Assembly (NCBI GenBank): GCA_039587445.1
Contig: JBDHIM010000003.1
Location: forward strand, 2,239 to 66,238
DNA from: Gemmatimonadota bacterium
GTDB taxonomy: Bacteria; Gemmatimonadota; Gemmatimonadetes; Palauibacterales; Palauibacteraceae
Length of the DNA: 64,000 nt
Direction of reading: 5' to 3'
The position numbers were made by a program, and so were the translations under genes. Positions 1-8,404 of the stretch are shown here, piece by piece. The notes below the pieces were generated by a model, which did no database searches, was not told where the DNA came from, and saw only the letters and a list, made by a program, of their open reading frames with translations. Position 1 is the stretch's first letter. Each line of letters opens with the position of its first letter.

Positions 1-67
1 GCTCCGATCCCCCGGTTCTTCATGCAGGCGCCGCCGGGAGCCGGCTCCCACCTGGCCTGAGCTCCTC

Positions 68-886
68 TCAGTCCCCCTGGCTCGCCTGCTCGAGCAAGGC
101 AAGGAGGCCCAGGGCCGGCTGTTTGACCTGCGCGTGGCGGAGAAGATCCCAGTGTTCCTCGATGTAGCCGCGCAGGTAGGAGATGACGTGACCGAGCGAG
201 ATCGCCTTGAAACCCCGAACCTTCCTTGGGTCGATCACGGAACCGAAGGCGAGCATGCGGATTCTTGGCCCCGAGGGGATGTCGGCCCTTCCCTTCTTCC
301 GCAGTTGATCGATTACCTTCGAAAGATGCGCCTCCGGACAGAAGCCCCATCGACGTAGGACGGCCTCCAGAACCTCGCGGCTGCGCGCTCCCGGGTTCAG
401 CTCCGCCCTTCCCTCCTTCACCTCGATGATCAAGAGATCGGGTCGCTTGTCCTGTGTCTCGAGCGCCGGGTCGGGCTCGAATCCCTCGTCGATCTCCTCA
501 TCCCTGATCGGCCGAGGCCCGCCGGCATGCGGGAGGCGCAGCGCCAGCAGATCGATGTCCGTCGCGGTCTTGTACCCACCTTCGCTCAGCGCCTCGAGCA
601 CCTGGTACTCGGTCACCGTGAAGTATCCGTTGATGTGCAGATAAGCCTGCACGAGGGCTACGGCGTGATCCACTGCGTCCCCGCTCCGTTGTCCGGCTGC
701 AAGTTGCGACCCCGAGTTGTGGAATGTATGCGTCCGGAGGCGTCTCGTTTCAACGCGATGAGACGCTACGGAGTCCGGACCGGCCTTTGGTTCCAGAGTG
801 GGACCATATCGGCCGATCGAAAGCGGAGGATAGATGCGGAGAGACGCAGGCCGGCAACCACTGAGAGAGATTCCCCACCTGACCAC
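68..886 (-). CDS. hypothetical protein; possible PD-(D/E)xK-like motif (DIDLLA ... LLIIEVK). True start probably internal.
   Basis: 272-aa ORF with plausible non-low-complexity sequence (HINGYFTVTEYQVLEALSEGGYK). Other frames in this span look antisense or low-complexity. No recognisable family. Confidence 0.4.
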   Translation of the reverse strand: MVRWGISLSGCRPASLRIYPPLSIGRYGPTLEPKAGPDSVASHRVETRRLRTHTFHNSGSQLAAGQRSGDAVDHAVALVQAYLHINGYFTVTEYQVLEALSEGGYKTATDIDLLALRLPHAGGPRPIRDEEIDEGFEPDPALETQDKRPDLLIIEVKEGRAELNPGARSREVLEAVLRRWGFCPEAHLSKVIDQLRKKGRADIPSGPRIRMLAFGSVIDPRKVRGFKAISLGHVISYLRGYIEEHWDLLRHAQVKQPALGLLALLEQASQGD

Positions 887-1574
887 CGATCAGATGCGTG
901 AGGTGGACCGTCTGATGGTGGAGAAATACGGGATCGAGCTCGTGCAGATGATGGAGAACGCCGGCCGCCACCTGGCCGCGCTGGCCCGCGACCGGTTCCT
1001 GGACGGCGACCCGGAAGGCCGGGATGTCGTCCTCCTGGCGGGACGTGGCGGAAACGGTGGGGGCGGGTTCGTCGCGGCCCGCCGGCTCCACTCGTGGGGA
1101 GGTCACGTTCGCGTCCTTCTGTCCACGCCTCCCCGAGAATACCGGGGAGTTCCGGCCCACCAGCTGGCGATCCTCCGCGCGCTGGACATCCAGTGCGACC
1201 ATCAGCAGGAGCCACCTCCGATCTCGGACGCGGACCTCGTGATCGACGCGCTCATCGGCTACAGCCTGCGTGGTGACCCCAGGGGAGCGGCCGCGAGCCT
1301 TATTCGGAGGGTCAACGAGACCTCTACGCCGGTGCTGAGTCTGGACATCCCGTCGGGTCTCGACGCGACGACCGGTGAGCAAAAGAACCCCACCGTCAGA
1401 GCCGCCGCGACGCTCACTCTCGCCCTCCCGAAAGCGGGCCTTCGCTCGGCAGCAGGCTGCGCCGGCGAGCTTTATCTGGCCGACATCGGCGTGCCGCCGG
1501 AGCTGTACTCCGAGCCGACCCTGAGACTCGAGGTGGGCCCGATCTTCGCCCGGCAGGAGATCCTGCGTCTCTGA
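834..1574 (+). CDS. NAD(P)H-hydrate epimerase (YjeF N-terminal domain)
   Basis: LTTDQMREVDRLMVEKYGIELVQMMENAGRHLA followed by the VVLLAGRGGNGGGGFVAARRL glycine-rich loop, both typical of YjeF_N. Length is 246 aa. Confidence 0.8.
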   Translation: MRRDAGRQPLREIPHLTTDQMREVDRLMVEKYGIELVQMMENAGRHLAALARDRFLDGDPEGRDVVLLAGRGGNGGGGFVAARRLHSWGGHVRVLLSTPPREYRGVPAHQLAILRALDIQCDHQQEPPPISDADLVIDALIGYSLRGDPRGAAASLIRRVNETSTPVLSLDIPSGLDATTGEQKNPTVRAAATLTLALPKAGLRSAAGCAGELYLADIGVPPELYSEPTLRLEVGPIFARQEILRL

Positions 1575-1625
1575 TCCCTTCCGGCAATGTGACGGCGGGC
1601 GCATGGGGGAAGTCAACACTAAGGG

Positions 1626-3017
1626 ATGGCGCGTCCAAGCGTGCCCGATGAGCGGGGATCAGATCGACGGGAGGAGTCCATGTCGGAGGGGCCCAGACAC
1701 CGCGGACCTCACCTTCGCCGCGCGGGGACCGGACTGCTGGCGCTGTTGGCGCTCGCTGCGGTCGTCCAATCCTGGAACCACTTCAGTGCCGGGGCGGTGC
1801 CACGCAGTAACGTGGCTCGTCGCGTGGCGGACCTGGCAGACGTTGACGATCCGGCGTCCGGACCGAGGCTGGCCCTGGCGGAGGCGAATCTCGCGTCGCT
1901 CGAGTTCACGGACGTGCGCGTTGCCGAAGCCGACGCCGTTCCTGAAAGCAGGCCTACCCCTCCCGCCGAACAGACCTCCAGCGAAGAGGCCTCGGTGGAT
2001 ATCGAGCCAGCGCCGGAGCTCACGATGGCGCAAGCCCCTCCGGAGATGGCGACCAGCCCCGTAGACCCGGGAGAGGCCGACGTCGGGTCGGCTGTGGAGG
2101 ACCCGCAACCGCAGGGTGAGGGACCTCTTGGAGACCTGGCCGGCACATCGGGAGATGGCGGCCAAGGCCCGTTGAGCGGTATCGGCGGCGGCCTGGGGCC
2201 GCTGATCGGGATCATAGGCGGCATCGCCCTCGGAGGCGGATCGGGACCGGGACCGTTCATCGTCCTGGGTGGAGGTAGCGGTTGCGAGGGCGCCTCAGGC
2301 ATCCCGGGCACCCAGCTGCCCGGCCCGATCGCCGCGGGACCGCGCAGGGGCGAGTTCGTCGAGGAAGGCCCGGGGCCACTCGGAGGCAACCCGACCTCCG
2401 GGGCGCCGACGATCCGGATCCCGACGACCGTGCCCGCCGATCCGTCGGGCATCATCGCTTCCGGAGGACGCGGCTTTGTCCCTGAAGCTCCGGATCTGGG
2501 CCGGACGAACGACAGCAATGTCGGCAGCGGCGGGACGCCGTTTGTGGCCGGTAGGTCGGCTGGAAACGCACCGGCCACCGCCGCCGCCATCACGCGCGTC
2601 ATAGAAGAAGCGTCGCGTTCGTTCGGGACGCGGAGCACTCGAAGCTCCTACAACAGTCCCGCCACGCGGCAGCTTCAGGGCTCGAGCGGGAACACAGCGA
2701 ATCCCGCGTCGGCCACGATGCGAGAGCAGGTGCAACGGGCTCTGGTACGGCCGACGGAGTCACGGGCGGCGCGACCGCCGGCGTCCCGTCAGCTGCAGCC
2801 GTCCGTAAGGACGACGCCAACGCGTAATACTTCGAGAGCGGCTCAGGTGCGGCCGAGCGCTCCGAACCGAGCGACGCGCGTGGCCAGGCCGGCTGCCGCA
2901 CAGACCCGTGCGAGCGGTTCAGCCGCTTCGGCGGCTGCTCGCCGTGCGGCACAAACGCGGGCTTCTTCGGCGGCGCGACCGACACGAGCGCTGCCGAGCA
3001 GGCGGTCACAGCAGTAG
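1626..3017 (+). CDS. hypothetical membrane-anchored protein (paralog A). N-terminal hydrophobic segment, conserved LEFTDVRVAEAD and GGGSGCEG blocks, Gly-rich middle, Arg/Ser/Thr/Ala-rich C-terminal tail.
   Basis: 463-aa ORF. It shares two conserved blocks with the downstream ORF 3173-3775. The low-complexity C-terminal half lowers confidence in the exact stop position. Confidence 0.5.
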   Translation: MARPSVPDERGSDRREESMSEGPRHRGPHLRRAGTGLLALLALAAVVQSWNHFSAGAVPRSNVARRVADLADVDDPASGPRLALAEANLASLEFTDVRVAEADAVPESRPTPPAEQTSSEEASVDIEPAPELTMAQAPPEMATSPVDPGEADVGSAVEDPQPQGEGPLGDLAGTSGDGGQGPLSGIGGGLGPLIGIIGGIALGGGSGPGPFIVLGGGSGCEGASGIPGTQLPGPIAAGPRRGEFVEEGPGPLGGNPTSGAPTIRIPTTVPADPSGIIASGGRGFVPEAPDLGRTNDSNVGSGGTPFVAGRSAGNAPATAAAITRVIEEASRSFGTRSTRSSYNSPATRQLQGSSGNTANPASATMREQVQRALVRPTESRAARPPASRQLQPSVRTTPTRNTSRAAQVRPSAPNRATRVARPAAAQTRASGSAASAAARRAAQTRASSAARPTRALPSRRSQQ

Positions 3018-3087
3018 AGTCGAACCGGTGAGCTGGCCGGGAACCGGCACCCGGCGTCGGGAACTGGCATCGCGACGCTCCGTTAAC

Positions 3088-3130
3088 TAGTGTGACGCAA
3101 CTGGGTGTTCCTTCGTCAGAGTAGTGTGAC
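3088..3130. promoter_or_regulatory. direct repeat TAGTGTGAC x2 (34 bp apart) plus a short TGACG/CGTCA inverted repeat, upstream of the paralog B gene
   Basis: Read directly in the 3018-3172 intergenic region. Confidence 0.3.
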
Positions 3131-3172
3131 TGGCGCCGAGCGGGGAAACGCCTTGTATGGAGGAAGAGGCTG

Positions 3173-3775
3173 ATGAGTGATGGGGCTGGATACGACCGGG
3201 TCTACCGGCGCGTGCTCGGGATCGGACTTCTCGTCTCCCTTGTGGTGCACGGGTCGATCCTGGCGTGGGGCCGGCTGAACATGACACCCGCCGCCTCGGA
3301 CAATCGGGCAGAGCCCACGACGCAACTCGCGCTGGCTTATGCGGACGAGGAGCCCATCGAGCTCATCGACGTGCGCGTAGTCGAGGCCGACGTGGTTGCC
3401 GAAACGGCGCCGGCGCCGGAGAGCGAGACATCGACGGTCGAGGCCGCCCTCGACATCGAGCCGCCCAAGCTCGCCATGGCACATGAGGGCTCGATGATCG
3501 CGGTCAGCCTCGTCGAGGCCGACGATTCGGACGTCGGGGATGCGATCGAATACGACCGTCTCGGCGCTGCCGTGGCGGCGGCGAACCGTGGTGGGAACGA
3601 CCACGACTTCGAGCGGCTCGGCGGTTTCCGGATTCCCGAAGGCTCAGGTGGTCGAGGCCCGCTGATCATCGGTGGAGGCGGAAGCGGCTGCGAGGGACCG
3701 AACGTCAGGTTGCCCGGCAGGCTAATCGGCGGCGGTACCAGCTACGGGATCGGATCGCCCTATACCCTGCCCTAA
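3173..3775 (+). CDS. hypothetical membrane-anchored protein (paralog B). N-terminal TM with an S-x3-H TonB-like signature (LLVSLVVHGS), conserved IELIDVRVVEAD and GGGSGCEG blocks.
   Basis: A GGAGG-like RBS (ggaggaagagg) lies upstream of the ATG. The blocks are clearly homologous to ORF 1626-3017. Confidence 0.6.
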   Translation: MSDGAGYDRVYRRVLGIGLLVSLVVHGSILAWGRLNMTPAASDNRAEPTTQLALAYADEEPIELIDVRVVEADVVAETAPAPESETSTVEAALDIEPPKLAMAHEGSMIAVSLVEADDSDVGDAIEYDRLGAAVAAANRGGNDHDFERLGGFRIPEGSGGRGPLIIGGGGSGCEGPNVRLPGRLIGGGTSYGIGSPYTLP

Positions 3776-3797
3776 GCCTCGAGTCTCATCGCCTTCG

Positions 3798-3846
3798 CGG
3801 CCCCGGTTTCCTCGGCATGACGCCGCTGACCGGGGCCGTTTTGCAT
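3798..3846. terminator. bidirectional intrinsic terminator-like hairpin (9-bp GC stem CGGCCCCGG / CCGGGGCCG) followed by TTTTG, between convergent genes
   Basis: Perfect 9-bp stem and T-run read in the sequence between the stop at 3775 and the ArsC stop at 3891. Confidence 0.45.
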
Positions 3847-3890
3847 CTACAAGCCCTCCGGCCCTACCGATTCACCGGCTCTGAAGGCGA

Positions 3891-4319
3891 TCAGCAGGGA
3901 TCTCCGAGGCTCTCCAGCAGCCCTGCCACCTCTCTCTCGATTCGATCGCGCACCTCCCTGAACTCCGGAAGCGGCATCTCCTTGGGATCGGGGATCTCCC
4001 ATTCCTCGCGGCGGCGAGCTGGCACGACCGGACAGTCATCTCCGCAGCCCATCGACACGACGACGTCGAACGATCCTGCTGGTACCTCCCCCACGGCCTT
4101 CGATCGGTGAGTGGTGAGATCGTACCCGACCTCGGCCATGACGCGGATCGCCGTCGGGTTGACCACGCCGGAGGGCCGCGAGCCGGCGCTGAACGCCTCG
4201 GTCCCTTGGGAGCCGTGCGCGCGGGCGAACGCCTCGGCCATCTGGCTGCGGCAGGAGTTCTCGAAACAGATGAACAGCAGCCGGTCCGGATCAGCCTCCT
4301 GCCGAGAATCTTCCGTCAT
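3891..4319 (-). CDS. arsC: arsenate reductase, LMW-PTP family (thioredoxin-coupled ArsC)
   Basis: LLFICFENSCRSQMAEAFA is the CX5R P-loop of LMW-PTP/ArsC, and DVVVSMGCGDDCP is also present. Start taken at the internal ATG (MTEDS), which is preceded by a GAGGAAGG RBS. Confidence 0.8.
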   Translation of the reverse strand: MTEDSRQEADPDRLLFICFENSCRSQMAEAFARAHGSQGTEAFSAGSRPSGVVNPTAIRVMAEVGYDLTTHRSKAVGEVPAGSFDVVVSMGCGDDCPVVPARRREEWEIPDPKEMPLPEFREVRDRIEREVAGLLESLGDPC

Positions 4320-4442
4320 TTGCCTTCCTCGCTCCGAGTTGCCCAGGCCGGCACCGATGCTTCCAGCGGGAGCCGTCAAGCTCTAGCTTCTAGACGCGCG
4401 AGCGTCAAGGTGAAACCATGCAGTCTGCCCGGGTATCGGTAA

Positions 4443-5516
4443 ATGATGCTCATCAAGCACATCCTCCAGCTGGGAGCTGTCGTCCTCGTCTTTGCTGCGA
4501 CGTTCTACCTCCTCCTTCCCAAGAGCAGGATCTATCCCAGCGCCTGGACGCCGCCGGCGGCCCCCGCCTACGAGGGAGCCTACGCGCCAAACGATCACCT
4601 GGCTTCGATCGAACGGCTGGGATCCGGTGCCGGGATCGGGCCCGAGGACGTGGCGGTGGATGGCCGCGGACGGATCTACGGCAGCATGAGCGACGGCCGC
4701 ATAGTACGGACGAACCCCGACGGCACGGGTGCGGAGGACTTCGCCGACACGGTGGGAAGACCGCTGGGTCTGGATTTCGACCGCGCCGGTAATCTCATCG
4801 TCGCCGACGCGTATCAGGGCCTCCTGTCTATCGCACCGGACGGAACGATCCGCCGCCTCGCCAAGGGCCACGGCGGACGGCCGTTTCGCCTCACGGACGA
4901 CGTCGACGTGGCACCCGACGGAACGATCTACTTCACCGACGCGTCGGACCGGTTCTACCTGAACGACTACGTTCTCGACCTTCTGGAGCACCAGCCCAAC
5001 GGCCGCCTTCTCTCCTACGATCCCCGCGCGGACAGCGTCGCGGCCGTTCTGTACCCGCTCCACTTCGCCAACGGCGTGGCGGTGAGCCCGAAGGGAGATT
5101 TCGTGCTCGTCGTCGAGACCGGACGCTACCGCGTCATGCGTCACTGGCTTGAGGGCCCACGCCGGGGCGAAAGCGAAGTTTTCATCGAGAACCTCCCAGG
5201 CTTTCCTGATGGGATATCGTCGGATGGCCGGGGAACCTACTGGTTGGCGCTGGTATCGCCGCGGGACCGAGCCATCGACTACCTCCTACCCCAGCCGACA
5301 GCCCGGAGGCTGCTGGCGCGTCTACCGCGCAAGTTGCTGCCAGCACCGAAGCGCTATTCATTCGTCCTCGGGCTGGACGGGGACGGGAACGTGGTGCACA
5401 ACCTCCAGGATCCGAACGGCGGCTTCGCGCAGATCTCGAGCGTAGAGCGCTACGGCGACGACCTCTATTTCGGGAGCCTCGCCGAGAACGCCATCGGGCG
5501 GCTTCCGGCTCCCTAA
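4443..5516 (+). CDS. SMP-30/gluconolactonase/LRE-like (strictosidine synthase family) beta-propeller protein, membrane anchored
   Basis: N-terminal TM, then repeated GxxxD motifs (GPEDVAVDGRGRIY, PLGLDFDRAGNLIVAD, LTDDVDVAPDGTIYFTD) typical of the SGL/strictosidine synthase fold. Confidence 0.75.
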   Translation: MMLIKHILQLGAVVLVFAATFYLLLPKSRIYPSAWTPPAAPAYEGAYAPNDHLASIERLGSGAGIGPEDVAVDGRGRIYGSMSDGRIVRTNPDGTGAEDFADTVGRPLGLDFDRAGNLIVADAYQGLLSIAPDGTIRRLAKGHGGRPFRLTDDVDVAPDGTIYFTDASDRFYLNDYVLDLLEHQPNGRLLSYDPRADSVAAVLYPLHFANGVAVSPKGDFVLVVETGRYRVMRHWLEGPRRGESEVFIENLPGFPDGISSDGRGTYWLALVSPRDRAIDYLLPQPTARRLLARLPRKLLPAPKRYSFVLGLDGDGNVVHNLQDPNGGFAQISSVERYGDDLYFGSLAENAIGRLPAP

Positions 5517-5612
5517 CCCCTCTCGAACCCTCCTCCCGCGTTAGCCTGTTTCGCGGGAACCCTTGAGTCGAGGGCGAAACCCTGCCATAACAGTGGGCCA
5601 CCTGCCACGACC

Positions 5613-6917
5613 GTGGCCCCTTCAGAACGAGAGGAGCGGTTGAAAGAGGAACGTACCGTCCGGCTCAGGGAGTACGGACTGACGATAGGGACCATGGGCT
5701 CCAACGCCGCCCAGACCCTCATCATCGCCCTGCTTCCGGTGCTCCTCGGTCGATATACCTCGTCGGCTGCCTTGATTGGCGCAGTGATCGGCGCCGAGGG
5801 ATTGTTGGCGATCCTGGTCCCGTACTGGATCGGCTACATGAGCGACCATCTCCCGAGCGCCCTGGCCCGCCGGTTCGGGAGGCGCGCACTCTTCCTCTGG
5901 GCATCCGCGCCGCTGATGACGGCCACTCTTGTGGCCGTGCCCTTCATCCACGGCTTCTGGCCGCTGGCCGCCGCAGGGATTCTCTTCTTCGCCGCGCTTC
6001 AGGGGTTCGTCACTCCGCTCTGGGCGCTGCTGATCGACGCCGTCCCGGACGAGCGCCGGGCGAGGGTCCAGGGAGTCCGCGGCGCCTTCCAGGCTTTGGG
6101 GCTGGCTTTCGGGCTGATCGTGGGCGGAATCCTGTTCGAGCTCTGGGAGCCTCTGCCGTTCGTCGTGGCCGGCTTTCTCCTTCTCCTCTCGACCTGGTTC
6201 ACGGTTCTCTCCGCTCCGAGCGACCGGGGCCACGAGCAACCGACGCACGCCGCGAAGAAGAAGGGTCCTGTTTGGAGAGATCTTCTCAAACGGGGGGAGA
6301 TCCGCTGGTTCCTCATCGCGAACGGACTGTGGAACGGAGCGATCGATGGAATTCGGCCCTACATCTTCCTCTACGCCGGAGCCGTCTTCGGCATCTCGGT
6401 GGGAGGCACGTCCGGGCTCCTCGTCTTCCTGCTCCTTGGCGTCGGATTCGGCGCCGTGGCGGTGGGCCGGTTGAGCGACGTCATCGGCCGGGCCCGGCTG
6501 CTGGGGATCTCGGCCAGCCTGTGCGGTATCGCAATGCTCGTGGCGTACTTTCCACGTACCTCATCCGACATCATCTGGCTGCTGGCCGCCGCGGGCCTGG
6601 CCGCCGCTTCCTTCATCGCCCTGCCGTTCCCTCTCTTCGCGAAGCTCGCGGGCGACGAGGCGCCGGGCAGGCAGACCGCGCTCTTCATCGTCTCGGTCGG
6701 GGTCTCGCGCGTGGTGGCTCCCATCGTCATCGGAGTCGTGATCGATTTCGGCGCCCGATTCGATCCCGAGCTCGGGGGCTATCCGTTCATGTGGGTCGCC
6801 GCGGGAACGATGGCCCTGCTCAGCGTGCCCGCACTCTTCAAGGCCGTGTCGGCGGCCCGCGCCCACGAGCGAGTAGCCGTTCGGCCCGCCCTGGATCCTC
6901 CGGCAGGTTCCCCGTGA
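5613..6917 (+). CDS. MFS transporter
   Basis: About 12 predicted hydrophobic helices and a GRxGRR-like motif (LARRFGRRAL) between TM2 and TM3. Length is 434 aa. Confidence 0.75.
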   Translation: MAPSEREERLKEERTVRLREYGLTIGTMGSNAAQTLIIALLPVLLGRYTSSAALIGAVIGAEGLLAILVPYWIGYMSDHLPSALARRFGRRALFLWASAPLMTATLVAVPFIHGFWPLAAAGILFFAALQGFVTPLWALLIDAVPDERRARVQGVRGAFQALGLAFGLIVGGILFELWEPLPFVVAGFLLLLSTWFTVLSAPSDRGHEQPTHAAKKKGPVWRDLLKRGEIRWFLIANGLWNGAIDGIRPYIFLYAGAVFGISVGGTSGLLVFLLLGVGFGAVAVGRLSDVIGRARLLGISASLCGIAMLVAYFPRTSSDIIWLLAAAGLAAASFIALPFPLFAKLAGDEAPGRQTALFIVSVGVSRVVAPIVIGVVIDFGARFDPELGGYPFMWVAAGTMALLSVPALFKAVSAARAHERVAVRPALDPPAGSP

Positions 6918-6983
6918 TCCGCATCCTCGCCGGTCGAGACGACGCCTGAAGTTCGCAACCGCACCCCACTGGAGGTGGCGGCA

Positions 6984-8243
6984 TCAAACCCTGGACAGAT
7001 CCGGTAGGCCGATCGGGCGTCTCGCCTGCACCCGCGCGGCCAACCCGAGGACCGCAGCTTCCCCGAACGGGCGCGCCGCGATCTGAAGGCCGACCGGAAG
7101 CCCATCGGGATCCAGCCCGGCCGGCACCGACGCCGCCGGGAGTCCGGAGAGGCTCAAGAGGAACGTGGGGGCGATCCAGTCGATGTAGCTCGTCATCTCT
7201 CGGCCGCCGATAGTGCTGGGGTAATTCTCCTCTACCGGGAAGGCCGGCACGGCAACGCACGGAGTGAGCAGGGCATCGAAGCGTTCGAAGAACTCCTCCA
7301 TCCGCTCCCATAACCGGGAACGGGCGCGCTCGGCGGTGCCGAGCCGCTCAGGTGAGCCCTCGAGGCCGGCACGGATGTTACCGGCCAGGTTCTCGCCCAG
7401 CAGGTCGAGCCGATCAAGCAGCGCGTGGTGGTGCGCCACCATCCAATAGCCACGCAGCGTCAGGAACGCCTCGCGCGCGAACGAGAGATCCAGCTCGACC
7501 TCCTCCACGCTCACCCCCTCGCCGCTCAGCTCGAACGCGGCAGCCCTGCAAGTCTCCTCGACTCGGGAGTCCACTCCGATCGCCGCGATGTCGGAACAGT
7601 AGGCAAGGCGGAGCTTGACGGGGCGCGCGGCCATGCGGCTCACGGCGTCGACCAGTCCCGTCCCCGAACCGGGCTGATTGATCGGCGTGCGCTCGCTCGG
7701 TCCAGCCACCGCTTCCATCATCAGGGCCAGGTCCTCGGCGGTTCGAGCCATGCCTCCGGTGGACTGGAGCGTGTCCCACTGGTACTGGCTGGGGTACGTG
7801 GGCACGAAGCCGATCGACGGCCGCAGGCCGACGACGCCGCAGAAGGCCGCGGGCACGCGCAGCGAGCCGCCCAGGTCCGTACCCTCCGCCAGCGCCACCA
7901 TGCCGCTCGCCAGGGCAGCCGCCCCACCTCCCGTCGAGCCGCCCGCACTGAGAGCGGGATCCCATGGGTTCCGCGTCGGCCCGAAGATCGGGTTGAAGGT
8001 ATTCGCCCCGGCGGCGAACTCGGGCGTGTTGGTTTTGCCCAGAACGATCGCGCCGGCCCGCTTGAGCCGGCCCACGACCAGGGCGTCAGCCTCGGCGATG
8101 TGGTCGGCGAAGAGCGGCGAGCCGTACGTCGTGCGCATCCCCGCGACGGGGGTCACATCCTTGATGCCAACGGGAAGGCCGCAGAGAAGACCCGCGGGCT
8201 CCCCGCGAGCCAGGGATTCCTCGGCATCGCGGGCCTCGTCCAC
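6984..8243 (-). CDS. amidase (amidase-signature family, GatA-like). The conserved N-terminal 55 aa continue in frame upstream to about 8408 with no ATG/GTG/TTG.
   Basis: GGSTGGGAAALASG plus GTDLGGSLRVPAAFCG is the amidase signature, and GLPVGIKD is present. The in-frame upstream translation (KTAALEIADLSACELRGRIDRREISPVDLVQACLDRVEAYGERLNAVVTLNEKAV) matches amidase N-termini. Confidence 0.8.
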   Translation of the reverse strand: MDEARDAEESLARGEPAGLLCGLPVGIKDVTPVAGMRTTYGSPLFADHIAEADALVVGRLKRAGAIVLGKTNTPEFAAGANTFNPIFGPTRNPWDPALSAGGSTGGGAAALASGMVALAEGTDLGGSLRVPAAFCGVVGLRPSIGFVPTYPSQYQWDTLQSTGGMARTAEDLALMMEAVAGPSERTPINQPGSGTGLVDAVSRMAARPVKLRLAYCSDIAAIGVDSRVEETCRAAAFELSGEGVSVEEVELDLSFAREAFLTLRGYWMVAHHHALLDRLDLLGENLAGNIRAGLEGSPERLGTAERARSRLWERMEEFFERFDALLTPCVAVPAFPVEENYPSTIGGREMTSYIDWIAPTFLLSLSGLPAASVPAGLDPDGLPVGLQIAARPFGEAAVLGLAARVQARRPIGLPDLSRV

Positions 8244-8404
8244 GGCCTTCTCGTTCAGGGTAACGACCGCGTTCAGCCGTTCCCCGTATGCCTCGACCCG
8301 GTCGAGGCATGCCTGAACGAGATCGACCGGCGAAATCTCCCGCCGGTCGATCCTCCCTCTCAGCTCACACGCCGACAGATCGGCAATCTCGAGGGCCGCC
8401 GTTT

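Noticed and set aside
1-60. Possible 3' end of an upstream plus-strand gene (in-frame TGA at 58-60)
   Set aside because: Only 19 codons visible, with no way to judge coding potential.
1709-2638. 309-aa minus-strand ORF, with the similar ORFs 766-1215 and 2295-2735
   Set aside because: Pro/Gly/Arg/Ser low-complexity translations, antisense to better-supported genes.
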